This document shows, piece after piece, positions 64,000 through 64,000 of a DNA stretch of 64,000 nucleotides. The stretch spans positions 170,066,001-170,130,000 of the forward strand of contig OX597817.1 in NCBI GenBank assembly GCA_951406725.2, read 5' to 3'. The notes under the pieces are model-generated. The model saw only the letters and a program-made list of their open reading frames with translations, ran no database searches and was not told where the DNA came from. Each line of letters begins with the position of its first letter. Within the stretch, counting starts at the first letter, position 1. This stretch comes from Octopus vulgaris. Taxonomy: Eukaryota. Both the position numbers and the translations under genes were made by a program.

Positions 64000-64000
64000 G

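Overview
AT-rich, repeat-saturated animal DNA with no intact long gene. The mix of tRNA-derived SINEs, RTE and CR1/L2 LINEs, Penelope-like fragments, mariners, non-autonomous Helitrons and very long (TA/CA/TACA)n arrays resembles octopus DNA; that assignment is from memory, not a search. The ORF-track entries I examined are microsatellite translations, transposon remnants or chance ORFs. The window is probably intronic to a minus-strand host gene. Two small exons with canonical splice dinucleotides (12498-12546 and 8974-9007) join in frame to KYLRTRYSVDRDFSIE|DIGSSPKIRAL, and weaker candidates lie at 43427-43489 and 4496-4530. I could not name the gene. The most notable structures are: (i) a Helitron 5' end fused to an inverted copy of the neighbouring SINE that shares its private mutations (29542-30276), suggesting local sequence capture; (ii) at least five decayed minimal hammerhead-ribozyme motifs in Penelope-like fragments, all with an extra purine after core position 9; (iii) fold-back DNA at the junctions of such fragments, including a palindrome with about 150-bp arms at 11399-11707; (iv) a CR1 LINE inserted inside the left TIR of a DD37D/maT transposon; (v) Helitrons with shared ends but unrelated interiors. 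I see no convincing new multi-gene system, no rRNA, no true tRNA and no CRISPR array. Boundaries of old elements are approximate.
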